Below, piece after piece: positions 47,401 through 60,752 of a DNA stretch of 64,000 bases. Source of the DNA: Podospora anserina (taxonomy: Eukaryota). Positions within the stretch are counted from its first letter, which is position 1. Every line of letters starts with the position of its first letter. The position numbers and the translations under genes were made by a program. The stretch covers positions 1,488,001 to 1,552,000 of the forward strand of contig CM030334.1 of the NCBI GenBank assembly GCA_017654855.1, in the 5' to 3' direction. The notes beneath the pieces are model-generated. The model saw nothing but the letters and a program-made list of their open reading frames with translations. It searched no databases and was not told the DNA's origin.

Positions 47401-50400
47401 ATGGCACTTGCATATATTATGCAATCGTGCAGCGTGCCGTTTGCCCTTCACAAAACAACAGACGGCCACATTCTGTATGAACTGGTAGAATGAGTCCCTT
47501 GATGTCCGCTGTGGTCCGGTTGTGGCTCGCTCCTGACTGAATTGGTGTGATGATGTGCAGCCTCCACGAGTCAAGGTGGTGAGCGAAAGCCGCACGCGAA
47601 ACCGCCCCAGACATGCATCCCTGCCCTGCCACTCTCCATCCATTCCACTTCTGCCTCGGCTTGTCGTTGCGGTGCAGGGGGCAAGCAGAGGAATTTGATG
47701 CCGAGAAAGAGGGGGCTCATTGCTTGGCATCTAGGTGTTGCTGACGCCGCACTGTGTCCCGTATGTGTTGACGGAAATCTTCACCTTCTGCGAATACCGT
47801 CAAGAAAGTCTGATCCTCTCACTCTCGCTGAAACACCGCATAGCTTCCCTGTGTTTTTGGAATGGAATGCAGACTCGCCCAACGGGGACTCATTGGTTCT
47901 CACTCCTCAGGCCTCAGGGTCGTTCGAGCCATGGCGGGGCTCTTGGCCCCTCTTTCTTTGGTGGATGATGGTTTATCCTCTAGCCCACGATGCCTTATTA
48001 CAACGTCCCTACTGCACAATGCGCTTGAGGCATCGATCAATAGAAACAGCCTGGACAGATCTGGACATTTCCCCATTTTCCTAGCGCGCGCGCGACAGCC
48101 GCCAACTCGAGTATTATTCTACGTTGTAACTTGACTACCCAAGAGCCCAAAGACGGGAGGTTGGTAGGTAGGTAGGTAGGTACTTTGGACTTGAGACGCG
48201 TCCTGGCATCCCGCGCACGGCGCCGGGTGAAAGTGGCCCCTCCAGGGGGATCGATCAACTAACGACGAGTGGAGATGCTCTTTGGGCGATCCGAGGGGAG
48301 CAGACGGCGGGCGAGGTGGGACGGTCTCCGTGAGGCTCTGGGAGGGTCTTCATCGTGAACCCACACCTGCGGGTTCTGTGCGACATCAAAAGGGAAAAAT
48401 TGGAGATGGCCCCGATGGATTGAGGGGCGTTTCTAGAAGCGCGGGAGCTCCACCAAGATCTCTTCAGCACATATCAAAAGCAATATCATATCGCATCATG
48501 GACACAAACCTCAACCTTGAATTCTCTTCCCGACTCGGGACGCTCACAGCCATCACGGCCTCACCCGTCCGTTGCGGTCGAGACAATCCCCCGGCCTTGC
48601 TCACCCTCACAACGTCACAACGCCCGCCCACCTAGCCAGACGCCAAGCCCTGCACTGGGTGTTGTTCGCCCTTCATATCGGCGTCGGGGGAAAAGCCGAC
48701 AGCGACAACAACATGCCACGTCGCTCGCCCGGCGAGTCAGGCCTGGATGCGTTCCCCTCACGAGAAAGCAACGGAGACGGCAACGACAACGACAACACCT
48801 GCCAGATCCAACCTCGAGTGCCGCTGGCGCTATCCATCGGCTAGAGGTGCTGGCTTAAACAACATGTGGGGTGGTGGTCCGAGTTGCAAGTCATTTAGTC
48901 CGTGGCTTGTCGTCTGCCACTGCCAGGCAGGCAGACAGACACCCGACGCAGACAGACTGGAAAGCTAACCTAGGTAAACCGCTAGCCATCTGTCACTGGG
49001 GAGCCCAAGGTCGACGGTCGACAGGAAGGGAGCTGCCCTGGGTTCCATGGTTGGGCCGAATTGGCTTTCATATCTCGAAATCGATGGCGGGGTGAAGTTC
49101 CCAAGTCCCAAGCCTCCCCGTCTGGCTGCCCACAAAAAAAAGGGCCCCCTCATCTGGTCTCGTTCCCCCAACTTTTGGCTGAATCCAGCGAACGATTGGC
49201 GCGAGTATCCATTCCCGGCGTTAAAACCGACCCAACACGTCCCGTCCGTCGTCGAACCCTGGTCAATGTGGCGTTCATGATGCGCGAACTCTGTGGGACC
49301 CCAGACACGCCAGAGCAAAACCTAAAAACGAGTTCACCTCATCATAGCACTGTTGAATCCCGTCACCAACCTTCAACAACAAAACAGTCCTTCGGTAGGA
49401 CTCTCTTGTTGGCCAGGGCTGCTGCTGTGTAATCAGTAGCCAGCGGTCCTATGTCGGCCAGAATTCCTGGAAGCCGGTACCAAGCGAGAAATCTCTTCCA
49501 GATCACCAGTGCTGCAAACAATTTGCTCACCCACTGATCCTCTGTACATGGCCTTGTACGACAGGTGCGCAGCAGATGATGGGCAATTGGCGGCATGGTT
49601 GCATCATCACCCCCCGCTCTCAAAGCAGGCAAGATGCCGCAGCAATCCCACCCGCCGCCTGTGCTCATCTCCGGAATAGCGGACCACGCTCCAACGCCAG
49701 GTACTGGGCAAGCCGGCAAGCGAGATCTTCTTTTTTTTGGGTATCAGCAGCATTCCATCTTATCTGGAAATGCCTTGCTCATCACCAGTATAGAGCCCCT
49801 AATGATGCGTCAATACACGACACCTACCTTCGGCAACACCTCACGGCAATTGAGGACCGAGATCCGGCCGATAGATCACATCCAGATATCACTCGCCATC
49901 TTGTCCCCCCACGAGTTCCAGATACGATTCTGCTCTACCCTGGAACCGTTTGATTCCAATGTCACCTCACTACTAATCATAGACAGTCGTGGAACAAATG
50001 AAGGTTTTAATATCATCACTATCGATCATTCCCCGGCACTCTCTGCCCGCGCCTTTGACAGCAAACGGTGCGATGTCGGCGGCACTGCCCAGAACGGTAA
50101 GCCGTCCTCGAAGCCACGCCATCCGTCGATCGCCAAGGGGATGTGTTTTTCACCGCACACCACACGCCAACATCGGTCTGAAGGAAGCCAAAAACATACA
50201 ATGTGCTGTACACGCGGTACGCGCCACTAAAAAGGCTATTTGTCTGGCAGATGATCAGATAACGGGCTGTAGGTCTACAGAATACCGAACATAGTCCGCG
50301 GAGAAGACTGGCCGCTCCCGCTCCCGGCTCCTCACCTGCTTTTTTGACACCATCTCCGAAGAGAAAAGCGGCCAAGTGTGCGGACGCACAACAGGAAAAT

Positions 50401-53400
50401 AAGTTGGTCAGAAGCATGTGCTGGTGATAGCTCACACGGCATTCAATGGTTCTGGCGTCCAATGGTGAGAACGAGCCTGGCAAATGAGAGCGTCATTGGT
50501 CGGCAGGGCAGACCGACAGTGCCGTTGCTGGCTAAGCACCACCTCAAACACATATCTGCTCACTCACCCTTGAGAGATGTGACTGGGCAATAAACGGGCA
50601 CGTATTACCATACACGGGCTGTATTTCGTACCGAACACTGCGGTCACCACCACCACAGCCTCCGCTTGATGAAAATGCGCACTCAACTTGGTCGTCGTCA
50701 CGATGACATGGAGCGACGAAAAGAAGGCATTTTCCCTGCTTCAAGACGATTTCCATCTTCGATATCCAACATAGTTGGGATCTCGGCTGACTACAAGACC
50801 AATGCCAGCCCCCTCGAGTCATGGCGGCGCCTGCGCACCCATGCCCAGTCGTCCACACCTTGCCATCGGAGTTCGCTCCGGGCTTGTACCCTGTTTGTCA
50901 CATCGCCGCTTGTCTCTTTTTTTTCTTTTTTCTTCTTCCCTTTTCGGTTTGTTGAGAGCCAGTGGCTGGCAACTGTCACAAAATTTCTTAATAAGCCGCC
51001 TCGGGTGCCGGAAGAAGAGTTTCAAACAGGACGCGTGACCTTCTTTTGCTCGAACTGCCGCTGTCGCAGAAGAAAAGGGGGCGATGTTATGTTTATGTTT
51101 GTTGTCGGGAAAGGGGGTGGAAAGCGGTCTGGTCTGTCTGTCTGATGGTTTTTGCTTCTCTCCCCGCTTCTTTTTCTCTCCCCCGACCGACCGTCCCATT
51201 TTTTTGCTGCAACCGCCAACTTTTTCTCAACCCCCACGCTGCGTCCAATGCCATGTTTCTAGCATCGGGCATTTGTACAATTTTGTGTAACGCGAGATCT
51301 CGAACCGGGGTTTGTGCGTGGCGGTTCGGTGGAGGTGGGTTGGATTTTTTTATCCACAACTTTTTTGTCATTGAGATTCACCAAAAAGGTTATTGTTCCC
51401 TTGTTTTTCGCGCACAGTGTACTATCTAGACTTCTTTCTATCTAGTAGGAGGAGGAGCGGACGAGATTCCGCACTGTAGACTTCGACAAGCGGCGCCGAA
51501 TATTGACCGACACACGGTCTATTGAAATAAACGTCATCGCGCCGGACCCTTTTTTTTATTATTTTTATTTGGTCGGCAGTTCATTGTGTGGTGTGTGTGT
51601 GTGTGTGCTCCTCTTTTTTTTTCTTTTCGGTCGAGTTTACAACACGGTGTGCCGGGTGCCTTACCGCCGCCGCCCGGAGTCTACCCGTATGTACACAGTG
51701 TTTTGATGGTGTGTATGTACAAACAGATCGGTCATCATCATCATCCTCGGGTAGTTTGACGGACGGACGGACGGATGTGGGAGGGGTTGGGGTTGGCAGG
51801 TCCGGAGGTTCCCGCGGTTGTTTTTTTTTTGGGCGACGACTATACATACGTCGAGGATCGAGAATCTTGGATATGTATCTCAAGAAATCACGATCACGAT
51901 GGCGCGAAGAACGTGAAAACCATAATTTTTTGGGATTGTTTTTTATTTTTTTATATTTTTTATTTTTTTACTGCATTGCGTGATTGGCATACGCAGGATA
52001 TTCTCAAATTGGTTCCAAATTATCTGACCATGACTGATGATACGAGCTGAACAACGGGCTGTGTGGTGAGAGATAACGCCGAAAGCCGAGTTGAAGCAAC
52101 GGAATTAAACAATGCTCCCGCGCCCCCTTCCTCCCCTTTTATTTCCCCGGGGGGTCGGCTGCCGTGGTCCCGTAACCCGTAACCCGTGTCGGGGGCGGCG
52201 GCGGCGGCGACGAGGGCAGCGGTATCTCGGTCGACCTCATTGATTGGTTTAATTTGGTTTTTATTTTATTTTATGGCTTTGCAGTTTTGTGAGAGGTGAG
52301 CTGTAAGATGATGAACCAGGCCAGTGGCGGCGGTGGTTGCATAGGTACGCTGAGTATTTACTGCCGGCCACACCATGAACACCTTACACGAAAGATGAAT
52401 ACGAAGCCGCCGAAGCGGCCGCTGAGTAATCTTTTTTTCTTCTTTTTTTTTCCGTGTGTGTATTTATGATCTTTGCGGTAAGTAGGTTGGTAAATGGTTG
52501 GCTTGGGCGGGGGCGGGGGTTTCATAAACTCTTGACTGAGACGGACGGTAAGGTGACTGTCAGCACATTTCCCTGGCGCAATCGTTGACTTGCTGGTTCC
52601 TGGTGATGATGCAACCTCCGAAGGAGCGGAATTCCGGTCCTGTTTCTCGAAAAGCAAGGGGCAACAAGAGCGACATCGCCAGAGAGGCAAGGTAAGGTAA
52701 AGGTTACCTATCGAAGACTGATGATGATGAGGAGGGGCTTCATTTCCATTTTCTTTTCAGGGAGTCAAGGGGGTCGCCTTCCAGAAGCCTTTTCATCATG
52801 ATGTTTGAACACGCGACACTCTCAGGGATTGAAGCGAGAAAGCAAGACCCGAGAGAACGGGATAGGTTCCGGTTTGTGCGGCAAACGGAGGAAAGAAAAG
52901 AAAGGAGATCAAGTCTCATTTTACATACGATCTCTCGCGTGGTCGACAGGGTACCTAGCTCAACGGTCGGTTTAAACGACATTTGTCGACATTTGGGAAA
53001 TTGGGTGACCGGCAGTCGATTCTCGCGATCACCTCGACCCGACAAAAGAGCGACAACCGCAGATTCGGCTTGGGACGATGGCAATCTTGACATATGAAAA
53101 GAACACATGAGAATCTTGAGGGAAGAGACGAGATCTACGCTTTCGTTGACTAGGCGGGAGGAGAGACCAAGAATAGCAACACCAGATCACCCCCTTCCCT
53201 CCCCAAGCCGGGCTTCGTTGGGTACCTTGATCGGGGAAATCATCACGGGGCTCCCGGACCGAAACCCCCTTCACCGGAGCGCCGAGAACGACGGACTAAA
53301 ACAAGCCCCCGTGGTGTGCCGGGTCGGTAATATGATCCCACGTTTCCCTCTCCCGTGTCCGTGTCACTGGGATTCCATTGTTGCGCGTTGGGGTGGGTAC

Positions 53401-56400
53401 TTACCTATCGCCGAGGAGTTGGACTAAATAAGATGGTACCTTGGTTCATATGGACAGCTAGCAGCTGAGGATAGCGTATCTGTGATCGATGAGGGCTGAA
53501 CAAACAAGGACATTTCGGATAGGTAGTGCTTACGAGAAAGGCACAATAACGGAGAACATAGGTACCTTATTCTTTGACAGCTTTTACTTTCGAGCATTCG
53601 AAGAGTAGAATCCTATCTCTAGGACGTCTATCTAGGACTTTTTTTTTTGCCGTTCTGATGACTGACTGAACTCTCTCACACAGTGAGTGGCTGAAATAAT
53701 ACTACGTCCAAAACTCGGATTCGCCACGCTGTGACTAAGAATGTAGGACTTGGCTTCCAAACCGGCCTAGTCTAGAGCACCATGAGCTGATTTCAGCTCA
53801 CTACTACTTCAGCTGAGCAGGTGGTGTTTTTTTTTTTTTGCCTGCCGGATGGAGCTTCGTCGGGTAGGGGATGAGGCGGGTGAGATCTGGTACCAGATGC
53901 AAGATGCTGTTTGCCCTGTGTGAGCTGAGAGCTGCTGGTGAGGCTTGGGAAGGTCTTCCCCCTGGCCCGGCCGGCTGGCGGTTAGATCGGTTGAGAGACT
54001 ACTAGGTTTGTGCCTGCCAGAGATGAAAGGTTCAAAGTTGGAAGAAGAAGAAGAAGAAGAAGATGGGGGGGTATCGTCAGGCTTGAAAGGGGGTGTGTAT
54101 CAGGAGATGATGGAGGGAGGATGTAACTCGTCGGGTCTTGGAACACTGTGTCACAGTCGAGAGATGTATCTCTTCCATCCTGAAGCCTGACAGGGAGGCA
54201 AAGGAGGTATAATGAGGCCTGACGAAAATTGCTATCCGAGAGGCAAACATATGCCGTGAAGTTGGGTGCCTAGTGACGGTGAAGGCTGGTGGGGAGGTCT
54301 CAGAGTTGGGTATAGACGCGGCGGTGAGGCTGTCTAGGTTGTATCAGGTGTGCTGGGCTACGTAAAAAGGCAATATATCTGTTGCAGATTAGGCCGAGGA
54401 GAAGGTGAAAAAGGCGAGAGATGAGGGGCCCGGAGCTGCCGCCGACACACGGGTCGGATGGTGTGTGGGAGGTGGGAGAGGAAGAAGAACCTGAGCTCGC
54501 GGAGTATCACGCCTGTTTGGGCAAAGGGATGCATAGCTCGAAGCCACATGTTGGGCAGAGAAAACCAGATCGTGGTATTGTTTGGTGTGAGAATGCCGGA
54601 TAGTCAAAGGGTCATTGTTGGGCAGAGACAGGTGGCAGGTGACAGTCACCGTCTCGGACTTGTTGCTTGGCCAAACTGCCACTGGTTAACGACCATTGAA
54701 GATGGAGCGCTTGAATAAGGCACTGTCGAAGGTTTGACACACGATTTAAGGAAGCCACTGTTCACAGAGACTCCCCCCTACAATTCCCAGTGACCTGAAT
54801 AACCGAGAAGCCCAGATGTTGGCCTGGGAGTCTGATAGACGTTGGAGATGAATCAGATAGCACACTGCTCAGGGGCTTTATGGCCTGGCCATAATGGCAC
54901 TACTAGGTATCTAGCAAACCTACCTGTGCTGAAATGTATAAACTGATTAGTCCAGTCCTCTGGGGCGGATGATATCTAAGAATGAAAGCATTAATTGTGA
55001 AGAAATTTTCTCACTCTCATAGCATATACTTCCACCAACCAGAATCATAGGTGTCTATCGTGTGTTTCTCTCGCCATTATCGACATGATGACGACCTATA
55101 CTTCATATCCTGAAGTTTGACAGCTATTAGCAATTCTGAAGAGACCCAAGCGGGCAATCAACAGCGCTCAGAGAGACAGATATAGGTTCGTCAGCTGTCC
55201 CAAGCACTTGTAGCATCTTTCAGTTTGTGGCGTAGCATGTTTCTTTTGGAGTGAATGACGGGAAAAGAAATCCTGAATGCTGTAGTAGTTCTTGCACTAC
55301 GCGTACTCGTTCGCCATATTGCAACTTTATACAATCAATAACCAGATCTAGCAACGAGTGTTAGCGTAGTATTTCTGAAGTTCTGCCAGGTATTCGGTTC
55401 AGAACCTCTCCACGGTGATCCTACAGCCTCCATTATTAGCAGCTCCTACCAGCCCTGAATATAGTTTTTTTGTTCGATTCTTAGGCACCTAAGAAGGTGT
55501 GGACAACTGTGAAACCGAAGGAGTTATCTGATTTCGAGAAATCATTCTGACTCGAAAATTCCTTGAAGACGACGGTAGGCTGTCAGTCTCCGTTTCCAAA
55601 CACTAGAAAGCAAACTAGGAGCTAGCCCCCGAGGACTTAGCCATATTAAGCAAGACATATCTCCATGCCAGTTATTGCATATTCTTGGTGATGGCCTCAT
55701 CAAAAGTCAAGTGCAACCGCCCTATCGCGCCAATGGTAGTTAGCTTGATCGTCATAAATGTCAATAAGTGGTTGATAACATCGGCACTCTGGAGAATTCA
55801 CTTGCTCAATCTATCTGTACCTGATGTGGAAGCTCAGGCACTTTGATAATAATTCGGAGGCGTGTCTGGGGCTCTAAAGATGATAAATGTTAGGCCTTTT
55901 CAAGCATAGATAGTCGAGGATGTATGCGTTGTGAGGTAGTCAGTCACAAGACGGCGCTTTTCTATACACCCACTGCCACCAAACAAACCTGCTCAAATCT
56001 TCCCGAACTGATTGCAAAGCATTCTCAGTAGGTAATTGACATTGGCAGCACTCGGTCAAGAAAGAAAACGGCACCATCATCACCAATTTAACCTTCTCAT
56101 CTAACTTTTCCTCACAATTGCCCTGTATCTCAAGGTATGTAGGTTGGTAGTGAGCATAGCTAGTCCACAACCTCGCTTTATTCCCCCCCTTTGCCAGCTT
56201 ATCGTTAACAATAGGTTAGACAAACAAGCAAGCAACTTGCGGATGTAAATAAGCAGCAAGCAGTGAGAGACTGAGAACCATCAGTTGGTCAAGTGGGGTT
56301 GGATCGACAAGCAATCTGGAAAGTGCCATCATTGTCCTCCTCCCCATCTAGCAACCACCCGCAGAAAAACCACCGCAAACAATGGCCTCAAGTCCAACCC

Positions 56401-56933
56401 CCACCACGCCCAGTCTCCTCACAGGAACCAACTCCTACCCCCCATCTCCCTCCTCAAAACCTCCCCTCAGCTGAAACCCAACCTTCCCCCATTCTCTCCA
56501 TCCACAAAACCCCCTTCTGACCATCTCTTGTTTTCGTTTCCTATACACCTCCCTTCCCCTTCCCCAGCGACTCGACCCCTAGGATACCCCCATCCCCAAT
56601 TTTGCCCCCTTAAATCGGCGATAGTTACTCGTCTGCAATCGGGTCAACAACCTTTCTTTGTCGAACTTCCACGATTCCCTCCGTCAGCTTTCTCAACCCC
56701 ATACCTACCTCAGTAGATCCTCCCATCGGGGGACCGGCAAGTGGTGTCGGTAAAAGAGCACGTCGTCAGGGTCGTCCGTTTGCTCTCAAGTAATAAAGAA
56801 TGTCTGATAAAAAAAATGAGCGTTTTGAACAAAGACGCCCAAATTAGTCTTTCGCCGCAAGAATCATGTCCTATCACATTGTATCCGCACCAACGCGGTA
56901 CTCGTCAGCAAACTGTCTCAATCTCCTTCACTG

Positions 56934-59900
56934 CTAGTGCCCCCTGCGAATGCGACCTCCTTGCTGCTGTCCACCCGGAGTAGAACGCACACGGCGAGCG
57001 CCAAAAGTGCGGTTTGTTCCGGCCTGTCCAGAGAATCGGTCGTCCGCAGCAGAAGCAGGGTCGCCACCTTCCGAAGAAGCGCATGCAGCTTGAATGACAC
57101 TCGCGGGGTTTCGAGCAGACTTGGAGAGGGGGTTTCTTCTTCCGGGGTGTTCATACCAGTCGACGTCGCTGAGTTGGAGCTTGCGGACGCGCTGTCCACC
57201 GCGCTCCTTGGCGGCTCTGTTGTCGATGCGGTTGTGGTGGTGATACGAATTGGTTTTCTCGTTGCCTGCACGGTTGTGAATATTGCTGTATAGTTGAAGG
57301 GGGTCCCGGAGGGTGGTAGTACCGTCGTTTTCCTCATTCTCGCGGAGATCGTAGTTGAGGACAAGGTTCTTGATGCGCTGCTGTTCCTCCTTGGCTGCCT
57401 GGCGTTGGTTGATCAGAGCCACGGCAAAGTTGGAATCAGAAGGCAGTTCAACAGTCCGTGTCTTTTGGTCAAGTTAGTGATGTGTTACTCGGAGAAAGGT
57501 CCGGAGAAAAGCTTACCTGTTGACGGTTTCCTTTCTTCGTGAGCAAAGAGAAGGCCATAGTGCCGCCTGGGTTGGTCGTGGCCGCCTCGGCGGGCTCGCC
57601 TCCTGTAGCCTCACGGGCTTTCGGGCGGACGGGGAGGGGAATATCGAACTGAGGTTTGCGCTCGAACTTGCGCGCATCCCCGAAGCTCTCAGCCATCATC
57701 TTGGCATACTCCCGCTCAAACTCTTCTTCGTATTCAGGGTCGACTTCCTCCTCTTCTCTGGTGACCACAATCTCCTCCTCTTCTCCATATTCGCTGTTGG
57801 CATAGGAGCCGTGATGCTCAGATTCCTCGACCTCGCCTTCATCGGAAGCCGCGTCCTCGTCGTCATCATCGTCTTGCTCTCCGGCCTGAAGATCATTGCC
57901 ATCCTCATCGTCGCTCGACATAGCACTAGTTCTGTCGTCCTGCTCGGCAATCTTGTCCATGCCTGAGGTTTTGTGATCTTGAATGACGGCCAGCCGGAAG
58001 ACTTCCGAGGCTTCCTCCAAGTTCGAAGCAAGCTTCCACTGAGGGCGAGTGAGCGAGAAGATGTCATGTACCAAAAACTCAATGTCCATCGGCAGGGGGT
58101 CCTTGGTGTAGATGTAGTACTGGAAGAAGGAGAGGAAATAATCCAGCTTCTTGCCAGCTGCACCTTTGTTGAAGAACACACCGCAGGTCTCCAGGATTGT
58201 CGCAATCAGGCGGATCCGGAAGAAGTCGTCTGGCATGTCAAAGGATACGAGACGGCCGGGGATGGGCGGTCCTCCATGCCCAAAGGTCATGATCTTGTAC
58301 ATGATCTCAAAGATTACAGGATGGTCGAGCATCCTGTAGTTGTACATCTCTGCCAGGTATTTGACTTCGGCAATTCTGCGCTGGTTGAATTCAAAGTTGT
58401 TCTGCTCAAGCCCAAACACAACAGATTCGATGACGGTGTCAATAACGCTGATCACGAACTCGTTGTGATAGCGGTGAATGGCGCTCAGAATGACGACGAG
58501 AAGATGGATGTTGCTGTACTTGACCTTTCCGGGCTTGGAAAGAACCTTGTGAAGGATTGTCACAACCTCCTTTTCTTCCCAATGAAGCCTGCGGATCTGC
58601 CGGACAACCTTGCTGTAGTTGCGCTTGGTCAGATCCGTGTAGACCAGCTTCCGGACAAAGAGCTCGATGGGGGTTCTCTCCTTCTGCTGGATGGCCGGCC
58701 GTTGAGGAGGATCGACATAGTACACGGCGTTCTCGACAAGCATGCGCTCGGCTTGTCCAATATGCTGAACAGATTTCTTGCGCTGGAGAGTCTCCAGGAA
58801 GGAGGCCATGCGAGGCGACGTCTCTGGGTTGCGGAGCAGGTATCGGCCGCAGTTCTCCAAGAGGTTGCAGATGATCTCGATGTTCATTCGAGAGAAATCG
58901 TCCAGACTGACCTTGAGGCAATGGAAAACGACGTGTTCAGGGACAATCCCAAACTTGGTCAGTTCGGCAAGATAGCGGATATTGCCAAGTCTGACCTGGC
59001 CCAAGAACTCCTTCTCTTTGCGGCGTTGGAGGCTGCGGAACTCGGCATCAAGATAGTCCACAAGACCTTTGGGAATGTCTGGCATGTATTGGCCAAGGGT
59101 AGCGACAAGCCTAGACCAGCTGGGAAGGAGATCGCCCCGCCCTTTGGGCACATCTGTGAGGGCCTTGATAAGCCTGTTCCGAGAAGCCTTGGAGTTGAGA
59201 AAGCAAAAGTCGATGGCGGTTTGGTCAATGGCATCCTTGCTGGTGAGATCCGGAAGCCGAGCAAGAAGAGCATCAACCTGAGCACCAATGGTCTTGTTCG
59301 CAATGGCCATGGACTGCTCATCAACTGCAGCCTCCGCCTGCTTCGCCTCAACCTCGGCCGGATCGATCTTCTTACCGACTTGCTCGTCCTCGGCCTTCTT
59401 TTTCTTGACCTCTTCGAGAAGCATGCCGGGAACCTTGCCCTTGAGATCAACCAGGTTTTCGTAAAAGCGACGTTCCTCCTCGTCCTCCCAGATACCGGAG
59501 CCATCGCCTTGTCCACGGAGGTACTCTCCCGCCTTTACTATGCCGATCGAGCCGTTCGCGTTTGCGTTGGCGTCATCGCTATCCTTCAACTCGGGCATCT
59601 CAGCCCCAATGATTTCGGCGATCACATGGGCGTTGGCCACAAGGCGCTCCTGGGCCTTCACCTGCTTCTCAAAGTTCGCCTGACGGTCCTCAAAGACTTC
59701 ACCCGATTTCACGTAGGCCTCGGCGTTCTTGCGAGACTGGCTGAAAATGGCCTTTTGATCCCGAACAAGATGGCCCTTGACATCCTCAAAATATCGCCTG
59801 AGGACGTTTCTAAAGCGCTCTTGGAGCTCGGGAGAAGTGAAGGGAGCATCTTCCTCCGTCGTGCCATCCTGCTCTTCGTTTGTCTCGTCCTCTTTGGTGG

Positions 59901-60752
59901 TGCCATCTTCCCCGACTGTTTTTCGACTATCAGACTTGACTCCCAAAACATCCCAGCTAAAAGCCTTGACGAAAATCACCAGCAGAGGCAAATTTGCATG
60001 TTCACGGTCGTGGCCCAGGAGATCCTTCAGAACTTCTAGAGGGAACGGTTCGGCAGCACCTCCCTTGGCAGCTGCTCGGGACTTGACCTCAGTGGTCTTG
60101 CCCGTGGTTCCGTTTGCAGCGTCGTCAGGCCGCTTGATGTCGTCGAGGGTTTTGAGAATGCCTACAAGCCAAAGCTCGGTCACGACGCGCAGGAGGACAC
60201 GCTGACGGGTCAGACGGTCGCGTTCCTCCTTTTCTTTGGCTTCGGCCGAGAGGGTTTTGAGGAAGCTCTTGTCCGGTGTAGCCATAGCCTTGCCGAGATA
60301 CCAGCCCAGATACATGGTGAACTCGTCGGGACCGAAGCGCTGATGGAGGGCGCTGACAATTTCGACGCCGGCTTCGATCTCGCCGGGGGATTTGAGTTTG
60401 CAAAGGCCTTCGTGGCAGGCGGAGACGATTTCGGAGAGATACTTGGAGAGGCTGACAGTCTTGATCTCCTGGAGAAAGGTGTTCATGGTCGCGGGGCTAA
60501 TTGCGGTACGGAGACGTTTGATGAAGGCGGTATTCTTCTTCATGGTCGAGTCCAGGGACTTGCCCACGGGAAAGAGATCTGTCACGAGAGTCAGCATCAA
60601 CAGAGGGGAGCGAGGCTTGTTGTCGAAGCTGCTTACCCTTCTCTCCATTCCAGGCCCTCTGGTTGAGCTCGCGCAGCTCGCCTGAGAGTCGACTGTTAGC
60701 TATGACTACTGTAGAGACGATTATAAGACATACGTCTGCGCGCGCGATCCAT
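56934..60752 (-). CDS. UPF2: Nonsense-mediated decay factor Upf2; exons 60752-60734, 60681-60637, 60578-57517, 57461-56934 (3' end uncertain)
   Basis: LDSTMKKNTAFIKRL, MIF4G-type helices (RYLAELTKF, LLENCGRYL, KYLAEMYNY, FRIRLIATILETCG), an acidic tract, FSLLTKKGNRQQ and EQQRIKNLVL; introns are in phase. Confidence 0.94.

Noticed and set aside
47056-50230. 224-aa and 211-aa ORFs in the long intergenic region
   Set aside because: Random-looking composition, no motifs; the expected background in GC-rich DNA.
53640-53840. Possible C/D snoRNA or 5S-like fragment (TGATGA, CTGA, small hairpin, T tract)
   Set aside because: Box spacing and terminal stems do not fit, and there is no extended 5S match.
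57973-60039. 688-aa ORF antisense to UPF2
   Set aside because: Codon-aligned shadow ORF of a strongly biased gene; no independent motifs.
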